A stretch of 64,000 nt of DNA from Patescibacteria group bacterium (lineage in GTDB: Bacteria > Patescibacteriota > Microgenomatia > UBA8517). The DNA lies in contig DASVCV010000004.1 of assembly GCA_036381415.1 (NCBI GenBank), forward strand, positions 33,572 to 97,571. Reading direction: 5' to 3'. The notes beneath the pieces were generated by a model. That model was not told the origin of the DNA. It did no database searches and saw only the letters and a list, made by a program, of their open reading frames with translations. This document shows positions 1 to 8,571 of this stretch, piece by piece (positions within the stretch are counted from its first letter, which is position 1; each line of letters starts with the position of its first letter). The position numbers and the translations under genes were made by a program.

Positions 1-1272
1 AAGCCTTTTTTCACCTTCATATCCTTCTTCTGTAAGTAAATCTTGACTCACAAATTCCTTTTGCACCTCATCTTTCCACCAATCCCAAAAATGACGAGTC
101 TCAAGAGGTTTTGTTTTTGCAAAGTTTTTAATTGAATCAAAACTTACTTGAGTGCTTTCACTAAATATAAAATCTAGAAGTCTTTTTTCTAAACTTGTTA
201 GTTTGGTGCTGGTATCATAGTTTTTGTCAACTAAACTAAGTGAATATTCTTCTTTGGAATTTCCAAAGAAAGTTTTCACTTTCTCCATATTTATTTTGAT
301 TTCTTTTTTTCTTGCTAGATCAATAATAGTTGCAACAATTGATTTACCTGTTGGTTTTAGATTCCAGTGAGAAAAGGCTTCTACTAAACTAGGCGGAAGG
401 TCTGAAGGAGGCTCATGAAGTTTTCCTGAAAGATTTACTTCTGGAAGTTTTTCATCATGTCCAATTTTAGACCATCTTACAATCCAATAAATTGCCCTAA
501 ATATAGGAAATATAGAAAGTATAATTATTCCAACAATCACAAGTACTCCATTAAATCTTGTTTGGTTAATAAATTTTTGTTCTTCATCTAATATTTCTTT
601 AATTGTTTTGTTTCCTTCTTGGGCAAAAGTAAAACTAGCACTCTTTGGAAATAGTACTCTTACCTCAAAGAACTGCTTGGGAGAAATATTTTCTGCTTCA
701 AAATCCACTTCATGAGAAGAGGTAATATTTACTTTTCCATTTAATGGGCCATGACCAAACCCCCAAATCATATTATTTGGAGCATCAAAAGGAAGGATAA
801 TTTTTGCAGTTGCCCTACCAGTTCCTTTTGTCCAATCACTTCCAATAAGTTTCCAATAGAATTCTGAAGTATCTTTTTGGTTTGTTATTCCATTTATAAT
901 TTTATATTTAAGAGTAAAAGTTTTAGTTTCAGAATAGGCAGTGTAATACCATTTAACATAAAACTTCTCAGGAGAAATTTCAGTAGAATAGGTTCCTGGA
1001 TTGTTGGACTGCAATTCTACGTACTTAGTTCCATTTTCCCAAAGTTCAAAATCACTAATTTGATTACCTTTTGTATTTATCCACTCATCTGCCCATGAGT
1101 AGGAACCACTAAAACTATATGTTCTTGTTTCTGTGACATCTATTACTCCATTTTTTTCAACTACAACTTGGAAGTCTGCGGATGGAATGGAATAATCTTT
1201 TGCAGATACTTTTGTAGTAAATAGAAAAAGTAAGACAAATAGAAAAATGACAACTCCAAATATTTTTTTCAT
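1..1272 (-). CDS. DUF2207-like membrane protein, 3' end runs off the window
   Basis: Not in the ORF track. Read manually from ATG at 1272: MKKIFGVVIFLFVLLFLFTTKVSAKDYSIPSADFQVVVEKNGVIDVTETRTYSFSGSYS..., a signal peptide followed by DUF2207-type motifs (EFYWKLIGSDW, WGFGHGPLNG). Confidence 0.75.
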   Translation of the reverse strand, partial: MKKIFGVVIFLFVLLFLFTTKVSAKDYSIPSADFQVVVEKNGVIDVTETRTYSFSGSYSWADEWINTKGNQISDFELWENGTKYVELQSNNPGTYSTEISPEKFYVKWYYTAYSETKTFTLKYKIINGITNQKDTSEFYWKLIGSDWTKGTGRATAKIILPFDAPNNMIWGFGHGPLNGKVNITSSHEVDFEAENISPKQFFEVRVLFPKSASFTFAQEGNKTIKEILDEEQKFINQTRFNGVLVIVGIIILSIFPIFRAIYWIVRWSKIGHDEKLPEVNLSGKLHEPPSDLPPSLVEAFSHWNLKPTGKSIVATIIDLARKKEIKINMEKVKTFFGNSKEEYSLSLVDKNYDTSTKLTSLEKRLLDFIFSESTQVSFDSIKNFAKTKPLETRHFWDWWKDEVQKEFVSQDLLTEEGYEGEKRL

Positions 1273-1314
1273 GAATTGAATTTATTGTAACTTAGCAAGT
1301 GGAATTACACAAAA

Positions 1315-1596
1315 TTATTCAAATGAAGCCCAGACAGGAAGAAGAGAATCTTGACTTATTTCATCTTCAGTTCTAAATCTTATGTATTCTGGAGTTATAC
1401 TGGAAAGCCTATTTTTCCTTTTAAAATATGCACAGTTACGGTAGGCATCTTCTAAATTCGGTCCTTTATATGCGACACGTCCGTTAATAATTGCTATTAT
1501 TTTTTCACCTTCAAAACATCTGTTTTCTTGTAAGATGTCGAATGCAATTTCGTTTGAATCTTTTAAATGAATTTCTCCTACTCTCTCAGTTGCCAT
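1315..1596 (-). CDS. small hypothetical protein, DUF5678-like
   Basis: Segment EGEKIIAIINGRVAYKGPNLEDAY resembles DUF5678. Start moved to ATG 1596, which follows a TATATT -10-like box. Confidence 0.45.
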   Translation of the reverse strand: MATERVGEIHLKDSNEIAFDILQENRCFEGEKIIAIINGRVAYKGPNLEDAYRNCAYFKRKNRLSSITPEYIRFRTEDEISQDSLLPVWASFE

Positions 1597-1674
1597 TGGA
1601 ATTAATATACACCTATATTTTTGACCCATCAATTGCCTATTCACAAATTTTGGGTTGATACTACAATAGGGCAA

Positions 1675-1893
1675 GTGAGAGAAAGATCAGTAGAAAAAGT
1701 TAAACCTGTCGCAATTATTAATATTGAATCTCCATGGCGTTCTGTTATTACATCGGAGCCAGAACAAATAGATAAAATAAGGCAAGCTGGAAATATAAGC
1801 AGATCTAAATATCATAATTACTCTCAACCTACTTCCAAGGATTTTGAAGTGTGGAGAAGAAGACCTACACCCCACTTACGACATAAACGATAA
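1675..1893 (+). CDS. hypothetical protein
   Basis: Fills the gap divergently. GTG at 1675 lies 7 nt after TACAAT (leaderless pattern). No recognisable motif. Confidence 0.3.
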   Translation: MRERSVEKVKPVAIINIESPWRSVITSEPEQIDKIRQAGNISRSKYHNYSQPTSKDFEVWRRRPTPHLRHKR

Positions 1894-2170
1894 GACCAAC
1901 AATTATCGCAATAACTAATAAGTTTGAAAGCCCTGCGAGTGCCAATATTCCAAAAAGAGACAGAAGCCACAGTATAAGTACTACTGATGCAATTTCTTTT
2001 AAAGGTGAAGGCAAAGCGGTTATTATCCAGACTATTACTCCAAAAATAAATAAATCCCACAGAGTAATTGTTCTACCATTAATTGCAAAAAGCCCCAGCC
2101 TTAAGGCAGTAAAAGGACCATACCCTAATAGCCAAAGCAAAAAAAGTACAATAATTAAAGCTAATAACAT
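1865..2170 (-). CDS. small multi-pass membrane protein
   Basis: 101 aa, almost entirely hydrophobic helices. Confidence 0.75.
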   Translation of the reverse strand: MLLALIIVLFLLWLLGYGPFTALRLGLFAINGRTITLWDLFIFGVIVWIITALPSPLKEIASVVLILWLLSLFGILALAGLSNLLVIAIIVGLIVYVVSGV

Positions 2171-2206
2171 ATATTTAGACTAAGATAGTGATCTTTAAAT
2201 AAACAA

Positions 2207-2434
2207 CTAAGGTTTATTTACATTCACATCAATTTTACCAGGAACTTGAACATTTGTAGTTCCTCCTAAATTCAGCCCTCTTAATATACCAGGTGCATAA
2301 TTTATAACAATAACTGCAACTACTATCAAAAGTACTATTGCCAGGATGAATCCACCTAAGTTACTGTCTGATGTGCTTTGAACTTCAGGAGTGTTTCCTC
2401 CACCTGTATTTATGATTGTTGTAATATTTATCAC
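2207..2434 (-). CDS. small single-TM protein; real start probably ATT at about 2425
   Basis: TTIINT...TM...VQVPGKIDVNVN. A strong SD (AAGGGGGTGA) overlaps the called GTG, which places the natural start at ATT. Confidence 0.65.
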   Translation of the reverse strand: MINITTIINTGGGNTPEVQSTSDSNLGGFILAIVLLIVVAVIVINYAPGILRGLNLGGTTNVQVPGKIDVNVNKP

Positions 2435-2535
2435 CCCCTTTATTAAATTACATGCAATTCTTGTGAAGATAGGTTTAAGTATTAGTATGAAGTTGGTAAG
2501 CGGAGCTTAAGCAGGCAAAAGCGGAGCTTGGCCAA

Positions 2536-3618
2536 CTATGCAGTTGGTAGGGTGAAAATGAAGGTTGAACCTTTGGAAATTTTGCTTTCAACCCACATCA
2601 GGCCACCGTGTTCTCTAATAATTGCTGAACTTATGAAAAGACCAAGACCAAGTCCATCCTTTCTTCCATTTCCTGGAACTTGATAGAAAGACTTAAAAAT
2701 ATTTTTTTGCTGGTTCTTGCTAATACCTATGCCAAAGTCTTTTACACTTACTAAAATATCAGTTTTTCTTCTTTTAATTGTTACAACCACTTTTTTTGTT
2801 TTTGGAGAGTATTTAATAGCATTTTGAATCAAATTTAAGAGAACTTGCCTAATTCTGTCTTCGTCCCCTATTACAGCTTTTTTAATTGTTCCTTTTTTAA
2901 TAATTTTGTAATCTGCGTGTGAAGTTTTTATATCTGAAATTAAATGAGTAACCATTTTATTAAGATTAAACTCCGTCTTATGAATAGATAATTTATTTGT
3001 CCTAATTCTTGAAATATCCAAAAGATCATTAATAAGTGTTGTAAGGTGACTTGTCCCTTCTTCTATTTTTTTAATATATTTCTCTGTTTCTGGACTTTGC
3101 TGTATTCTTTTTTCTAATAATTTTGCATATGCTTGAATACTTGCTAAAGGGTTTTTAAGTTCATGGGTTGCCATGGACAAAAAAAGGTCTCTTTGCTTTT
3201 GAACACCTATCCCCATTTTTTCTTCTTCCTCTGCCATTTGTATAACTGTCTTAGAAATATTATTTAACACAACAAGAAGATATTTTTCTTTTCCTTTTTT
3301 GAAAACAATACTTGTAATGTCAAAAAACCTGGGACGGGGCTTGTGGTCTTTGGAAGCTCCTTGAAAAACTTCATGAGGAGATCTTTGTTTAAGAATAAGA
3401 CCTGTATGGATAAATTCATTTACTCTCTTTTCCTCTACGGTTGGAAATAAACTTGAAAATTCTTTTCCAAGAGTTCTTCCAAATTCTTGCCTTGCCATTT
3501 TGTTGGCATACACAATTTTCCCATTACTATCAACGATGGTTGCAAGAACTGGGGCAATTTCCAAAACATTACCAAGAGTAAGGGATATTGGCATAAAATA
3601 CTTTGTCTTAAAAGACAC
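2536..3618 (-). CDS. cytoplasmic PAS-domain sensor histidine kinase
   Basis: H-box ATHELKNPL, N-box NLIQNAIKYS, G1 DFGIGI, G2 GLGLGL; N-terminal PAS-like segment. Confidence 0.93.
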   Translation of the reverse strand: MSFKTKYFMPISLTLGNVLEIAPVLATIVDSNGKIVYANKMARQEFGRTLGKEFSSLFPTVEEKRVNEFIHTGLILKQRSPHEVFQGASKDHKPRPRFFDITSIVFKKGKEKYLLVVLNNISKTVIQMAEEEEKMGIGVQKQRDLFLSMATHELKNPLASIQAYAKLLEKRIQQSPETEKYIKKIEEGTSHLTTLINDLLDISRIRTNKLSIHKTEFNLNKMVTHLISDIKTSHADYKIIKKGTIKKAVIGDEDRIRQVLLNLIQNAIKYSPKTKKVVVTIKRRKTDILVSVKDFGIGISKNQQKNIFKSFYQVPGNGRKDGLGLGLFISSAIIREHGGLMWVESKISKGSTFIFTLPTA

Positions 3619-3757
3619 CCTATGATATTATATCTGGGTCTTATTTGGAAGATTTACTATATAGTTCAGTTTGTAACTTACCAAGTTTTATGATAAACAT
3701 TCTTACACAGCAAATATATAAAGCAGTTTGGAAGAATTATCTTGTTAAAATCAGATT

Positions 3758-4429
3758 ATGGTAAAAAATATATTAGTAATTGAGGATGACGAAGGAATTC
3801 GTCAATACTTAAAAGAACTTCTGACAGAAAACAGTTATTCAGCAAGAACAGCTGCTGATGGCACAAGTGGGCTTAATGAAATTGCAAAAATTGTTCCTGA
3901 TTTAGTCATTCTTGATTTAGGACTTCCTGATATTACTGGTGAGTCTGTTTGTCAGCAAATTACAAAGGAACATCCTGATTTGCCTATTATAATTTTGACT
4001 GCAAGAGACTCTACTCAAAACATTGTCCATGGACTTTCAATAGGAGCATCAGATTATATTACCAAGCCTTTTGAGGCTGATATATTGCTTGCAAGAATTC
4101 AGGCAAGACTTAGGGAAAAAGGGAATATACAAAATAAATTAAAGGCAGGAGACTTGGAACTTGATGCAACCACAATGCAGGTTAAAAGAGCAGCTGAAGA
4201 AATAAAACTTACACCACAAGAATTTAGGTTACTGGAATATCTTATGAGCAATAAAAACCAGGTTTTATCAAGGGACATGATTTTAAACAGAGTTTGGCTA
4301 TATGGAACTGATGTAGAAACAAGGGTGGTAGATGTTTATATGGGCTATTTGAGAAAGAAAATAGATAAGAACTTCAATAAAAAATTAATTCACTCAGTTA
4401 GAGGGTTTGGCTACATGATAAAAGACTGA
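3758..4429 (+). CDS. OmpR/PhoB-family response regulator
   Basis: Receiver motifs IEDD, DLGLPD, LTA and KPF; winged-helix VDVYMGYLRKKI...SVRGFGY. Confidence 0.95.
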   Translation: MVKNILVIEDDEGIRQYLKELLTENSYSARTAADGTSGLNEIAKIVPDLVILDLGLPDITGESVCQQITKEHPDLPIIILTARDSTQNIVHGLSIGASDYITKPFEADILLARIQARLREKGNIQNKLKAGDLELDATTMQVKRAAEEIKLTPQEFRLLEYLMSNKNQVLSRDMILNRVWLYGTDVETRVVDVYMGYLRKKIDKNFNKKLIHSVRGFGYMIKD

Positions 4430-4559
4430 CTTCGTCAAAAAGGACTAACTGTATCGAAAGGACTAATCCCCTTTACCAAACTATTACTTAATCTTAATAC
4501 CTCTTCTTAAATAGTTTCTTCACACTAGATCTAGGTAAGGTATAGAAGGGAGGTGAAAA

Positions 4560-4805
4560 ATGGCAATTATATTTTGGATAATTTTTGGAGGATTAGTCGG
4601 ATGGCTGGCTTCCATTTTAATGAAATCAAGCAATCAAAGCTTGATAACTGACATTCTAATTGGAATAGTAGGAGCAATGATAGGTGGATTTTTGTTTAAT
4701 CTATTAGGGGCACCTGGAGTGACAGGTTTTAATATTTACAGCATTATTGTAGCTGTAATTGGAGCATCTGTTTTAATCTTCCTAACGAGAATGGTTTTAA
4801 GATAG
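4560..4805 (+). CDS. GlsB/YeaQ/YmgE family stress-response membrane protein
   Basis: WIIFGGLVGWLAS...IGIVGAMIGG...GFNIYSIIVAVIGA family pattern; SD GGAGGTGA. Confidence 0.9.
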   Translation: MAIIFWIIFGGLVGWLASILMKSSNQSLITDILIGIVGAMIGGFLFNLLGAPGVTGFNIYSIIVAVIGASVLIFLTRMVLR

Positions 4806-4818
4806 GCTCCTAAAAAGT

Positions 4819-4857
4819 AATTATCCCGCTTAAGAATTAACTCTTAGCGGGATAATT
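4819..4857. terminator. probable bidirectional intrinsic terminator
   Basis: Inverted repeat AATTATCCCGCT...AGCGGGATAATT between convergent units; T-rich tail on the minus strand. Confidence 0.65.
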
Positions 4858-4858
4858 G

Positions 4859-4928
4859 TGTGAGGGTAGAAAGAAAATAGCTTAATATCAATGCTTTAAA
4901 GCTGAGAGCCTCCTTGGCTACCCTCACA
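4859..4928 (-). ncRNA. candidate small structured RNA
   Basis: Perfect 11-bp stem TGTGAGGGTAG/CTACCCTCACA enclosing AAGGAGG and an AGCTT/AAGCT stem. TATTCT -10-like box just upstream and a terminator downstream on the minus strand. Confidence 0.35.
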
Positions 4929-4991
4929 ATTAAAGAATACCTAAGAAAAGTAAAAATAGAGGTAACGGTGTGTAAGAATTGTGTGAAGAAA

Positions 4992-5065
4992 TGGCTGCGG
5001 GACTAGGAATCGAACCTAGATACTGGGATCCAAAGTCCCATGTCCTGCCTTTAGACGATCCCGCA
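4992..5065 (-). tRNA. tRNA-Gln(UUG)
   Basis: Reverse complement TGCGGGA...TGGGA-CT-TTG-GA-TCCCA...GGTTCGATTCC...CCCGCAGCCA, with encoded CCA. Confidence 0.95.
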
Positions 5066-5073
5066 ATAAAAAG

Positions 5074-5145
5074 TGAGTCGGCTGGGGATCGAACCCAGGA
5101 CCAATTGCTTAAAAGGCAACTGCTCTACCGCTGAGCTACCGACCC
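5074..5145 (-). tRNA. tRNA-Lys(UUU)
   Basis: Reverse complement GGGTCGGTAGCTCAGCGGTAGAGC...TTGC-CT-TTT-AA-GCAA...GGTTCGATCC; no encoded CCA. Confidence 0.95.
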
Positions 5146-5169
5146 TAGAAAAAAGTTATATCATCTATG

Positions 5170-5242
5170 TGACCCCACTGGGATTCGAACCCAGGTACTT
5201 AGGCTGAAAACCTAATGTCCTAGACCACTAGACGATGGGGCC
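5170..5242 (-). tRNA. tRNA-Glu(UUC)
   Basis: Reverse complement GGCCCCATCGTCTAGTGGTCTAGGAC...TTAGG-TT-TTC-AG-CCTAA...GGTTCGAATCC. Confidence 0.95.
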
Positions 5243-5297
5243 GGACAGGCCCTATTTTACCATTCAGGCTTAACAAAACCAAGTTTGCTATCCTTAC

Positions 5298-5549
5298 TTA
5301 TTTTCCTGCGTTTATTTTAAAGGTATGGGAGGGGCGAGATCTTCTTATTCCCATTCGGTTTAAAAGACTGGTGCACCCTGTTAAATCTGCCCATGATCCT
5401 ATTCCTAATCCCCCACGAATTATAGGGGTAAGTGGATCAATAAGATCCTCTTGGAAATGATCTTGTCCAGGAATGGTATCAACATATTTTTTTACCTCTG
5501 GTTGAGGTTTTTGGTCAATATCTTTATTTTCCACTGACATGTTATTCAC
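5298..5549 (-). CDS. hypothetical protein (likely start ATG 5540)
   Basis: SD AAGGAGGTGA precedes ATG TCA GTG. No recognised domain. Confidence 0.55.
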   Translation of the reverse strand: MNNMSVENKDIDQKPQPEVKKYVDTIPGQDHFQEDLIDPLTPIIRGGLGIGSWADLTGCTSLLNRMGIRRSRPSHTFKINAGK

Positions 5550-5560
5550 CTCCTTTCCAC

Positions 5561-5586
5561 AAAAAAAAGACCCCTTTGGGGGTCTT
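5561..5586 (-). terminator. intrinsic terminator downstream of the RRM gene
   Basis: AAGACCCC-CAAA-GGGGTCTT followed by a T-tract on the minus strand. Confidence 0.8.
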
Positions 5587-5695
5587 AATCGATCCTTTTG
5601 TTATGTTTTTTTGTACTACAACTGAGAGTATATTTCTCACAGCTTTGTAAGGGTAATATACTCTCAATTTATAGTAGAGTCAAATAATCAAGGTT

Positions 5696-5956
5696 TTACC
5701 CTTGGTTTTTTGGAGGATATGCTTCTTTAACTACGATAGTTCTTTCTCCTACTTTTTTGTTATTTAACTTCTCTATAGCTACTTTAGCTTCTTCTTCTGT
5801 TGACATTTCAACAAAACCGAATCCTTTTGATCTATTGGTCATTCTATCCATTACAACAGTAGCAGACTCAACTTTACCTGCTTCTGAGAAAATCTCACTA
5901 AGTTCTTGATCTGTAGTTGTATATGGAAGTCCACCTACGAATAATCTTTTAGCCAT
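5696..5956 (-). CDS. RRM (RNP-1) RNA-binding protein
   Basis: RNP2 LFVGGL and RNP1 KGFGFVEM. Confidence 0.95.
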   Translation of the reverse strand: MAKRLFVGGLPYTTTDQELSEIFSEAGKVESATVVMDRMTNRSKGFGFVEMSTEEEAKVAIEKLNNKKVGERTIVVKEAYPPKNQG

Positions 5957-6018
5957 TCAAATCACCACCAATCGACATACTAGGGCTTAGTATAACATAT
6001 TTGTAGTAAAATACGCAT

Positions 6019-6546
6019 ATGGTCAAGCTTGGAGCAAAAGATTTAAGAACAACTAAACCTAGGTTGGAAGACCTTAAAGACATGAAAAGGAGCCCAATTT
6101 ACCTTATTTTGGATGAGGTAATTGATACTTATAATATTGGTTCTTTATTTAGACTGGCAGATGCAATTGGAGCCAAGAAAGTATTTCTTTGTGGAAATAT
6201 GGAGTATCCACCATCATCCCGGGTGCACCGTGCTGCTGTTGGCACTGAAGAGTGGGTGCCTTGGGAAAAGAAAGATTCAACCATAGAAACGATACGAGAA
6301 CTTAAACAAAAAGGAGTTAAAATTATAGCTGTCGAGCAGGATAAAAGATCATTTTCTTATAAAGACTTTAAGCCTAGCTTCCCTCTTGCAATAGTAGTTG
6401 GGAATGAAACAACTGGAGTTAAAAAAGAGGTACTGGATGAAGCAGACACAATAATTGAGCTTCCAATGCTTGGAGTTAACAAATCCTTTAATGTATGGGG
6501 AACTGCTGCGGTTGTAGCTTATAAAGTACTTGAAGCTCTTATATAA
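6019..6546 (+). CDS. TrmH/SpoU family RNA methyltransferase
   Basis: YNIGSLFRLADA, VVGNETTGV and IELPMLGVNKSFNV SPOUT motifs. Confidence 0.92.
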   Translation: MVKLGAKDLRTTKPRLEDLKDMKRSPIYLILDEVIDTYNIGSLFRLADAIGAKKVFLCGNMEYPPSSRVHRAAVGTEEWVPWEKKDSTIETIRELKQKGVKIIAVEQDKRSFSYKDFKPSFPLAIVVGNETTGVKKEVLDEADTIIELPMLGVNKSFNVWGTAAVVAYKVLEALI

Positions 6547-6547
6547 C

Positions 6548-6772
6548 CTATCTTTCTTTTGAAATATAGGACACTAATCTTATTTCGTCATCTTCTCTTA
6601 CTGGACCTTTTTCGTTAGCTTCTTCTAATTCTTTTGCCACTTGATCATTTATTTCCTGGACTAATTTTGGAAGCGGTTTTCCGCTTAATTCATAACTTAC
6701 AAGATGTATCTCTTTATCTTCGTCTGGATTTTGTTCTAGTGTCATGGAGTTATGACTTGAGTGCTGCATCAA
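6548..6772 (-). CDS. hypothetical acidic protein with an internal repeat
   Basis: DEDKEIHLVSY and EDDEIRLVSY form a duplicated motif. Confidence 0.5.
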   Translation of the reverse strand: MMQHSSHNSMTLEQNPDEDKEIHLVSYELSGKPLPKLVQEINDQVAKELEEANEKGPVREDDEIRLVSYISKER

Positions 6773-7568
6773 CTGTACTTTTTAGATCTGTATAGGAGTA
6801 GGCTCCAGGAAAGACATTTTGATTTACAAAAAAGCCGGGGGTCCCTTGGACATTAAGGCTTTTTGCTATAGTCATGTCATCACCTAATCTTTGGTCATAT
6901 TTTCCACTATCTAAGCATCCTTTAAGGAAGTTTGAATCTATGGCTGGTTTTAGGAAATCTGCAAGAGCTCCCGATTGAGTCTTGTCATTTTTAACAGTGT
7001 TATTTAATAGGTCATACCCTTTATCACTCATGAGAAGATCATGAACATCCCAAAACTTTCCTTTTTCATTGGCACAGTAAAGGGCTTTTGTTCCCATTTC
7101 CCCATTTCCGTGTCCTGGGTAGTAAATCCAAACAAAAGAAGCTTGGCCACTGTCAACTAGTTTTCTCATTTCACTAACAGGTGCTACATATGTTCCACCA
7201 TCTGAAACTAGTTTAAAGTTAGGTCCTAAGTTTTGGGCTATTGAATGATTTTCTCCTCCTGCTGCGTGGCAATAAGGACAGGATGGATCTGATATTTCGG
7301 CAAATAAGACTTTTCTATTTCCATCCCCAAATTTAATTAGATCTTTTCCAAATAAATCTTTAATTTGAGAAAGAGAGATTGTTGGAGCTGGAGCGGGAGT
7401 AGCTGTTGTTCCAGTTTGAGTTCCTGCTACAGTAGCTGTTGTTCCCTTTTGAAGAAAGTCTACTTTCTGCCAAAGAACTCCTACTACAAAAGCAAGAACA
7501 ATCATTACTATAACCATTGGGGCTAAGAGTTTTTCAGCAAGTGCTGCACGAATTTCTTTAGAGGACAT
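6750..7568 (-). CDS. membrane-anchored DsbA/BdbD-like thioredoxin-fold protein
   Basis: N-terminal TM helix, CPYC active site, VQGTPGF cis-Pro motif. Start moved to ATG 7568. Confidence 0.88.
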   Translation of the reverse strand: MSSKEIRAALAEKLLAPMVIVMIVLAFVVGVLWQKVDFLQKGTTATVAGTQTGTTATPAPAPTISLSQIKDLFGKDLIKFGDGNRKVLFAEISDPSCPYCHAAGGENHSIAQNLGPNFKLVSDGGTYVAPVSEMRKLVDSGQASFVWIYYPGHGNGEMGTKALYCANEKGKFWDVHDLLMSDKGYDLLNNTVKNDKTQSGALADFLKPAIDSNFLKGCLDSGKYDQRLGDDMTIAKSLNVQGTPGFFVNQNVFPGAYSYTDLKSTVDAALKS

Positions 7569-7612
7569 GGTAGATATTTTGCAGAAGAATTGAGGTAATG
7601 TCAACCTCTAAT

Positions 7613-8569
7613 TTATTTTGATTCATCAAGATATTTAAGTGTATCCATTGCAGCCATACAGCCAAACCCTGAAGCTGTTATTGCTTGCTTGTAGTGATTA
7701 TCATGAACATCTCCTGCAACAAACACACCTTCGATATTAGTTTTAGTATGATCTTTAACTAAAATAAATCCTTTTTCATCTATATCTATTACACCTTTAA
7801 AAATATCTGTCTGGGGTTTATGGCCAATTGCTATAAATAATCCATCAATTGGAAGTTCTGATGTTGTGTTTTCTTTATTATTTTTCAGAATTAGATTTTC
7901 AACTTTATTTATACCTTTTACTTTACTAACTTCAGTGTTCCAGATAACTTTAATTTTTGGATTAGATAATACTTTTTGCTGCATAACCTGAGAGGCTCTA
8001 AATGCATCACGCCTATGGATTATATATACCTCACTTGCGTATTTTGTTAGAACTAATGCTTCCTCCATTGCAGAATCTCCTCCACCTACAACTGCCACTT
8101 TTTTCTCTTTAAAAAATGGTGCATCACAGGGGGCACAAGAAGAAACTCCACGTCCAATAAGTTCATTTACTCCAGGACAGGTTAACCAGAGAGTATCAGC
8201 TCCTGTAGCTACAATTACACTTTTGGCTTTATAGATGACTCCAGAGGCTGTTAATTCAAATGGCTTTTTTGTAAAGTCTACTTTCTCTACATTTTTTTCT
8301 AGAAACAAGGCACCAAATCTTTCTGCTTGTTTTCTCATTGCAAGCATTAGGTCAGGTCCTTGGACTCCTTCTGGAAAACCAGGAAAGTTATCTACTGTAG
8401 TTGTGAGCATAAGCTGGCCTCCCCATTTTTCTCCTCCTAAAATTAAAGTTGAAGCAGCACCTCGAGTTGTATATATGCTAGCTGTTAAACTTGCAGGTCC
8501 TGAGCCGATAACTACAATATCCCAAGGTTCACCCTCTTTAGGTTGTGGTGCTAATAAATCTGCTGACAT
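7613..8569 (-). CDS. trxB: thioredoxin-disulfide reductase
   Basis: GSGPAS FAD motif, CAPCD redox motif, GGGDSA NADPH motif, GVFVAGDV. Confidence 0.96.
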   Translation of the reverse strand: MSADLLAPQPKEGEPWDIVVIGSGPASLTASIYTTRGAASTLILGGEKWGGQLMLTTTVDNFPGFPEGVQGPDLMLAMRKQAERFGALFLEKNVEKVDFTKKPFELTASGVIYKAKSVIVATGADTLWLTCPGVNELIGRGVSSCAPCDAPFFKEKKVAVVGGGDSAMEEALVLTKYASEVYIIHRRDAFRASQVMQQKVLSNPKIKVIWNTEVSKVKGINKVENLILKNNKENTTSELPIDGLFIAIGHKPQTDIFKGVIDIDEKGFILVKDHTKTNIEGVFVAGDVHDNHYKQAITASGFGCMAAMDTLKYLDESK

Positions 8570-8571
8570 TG

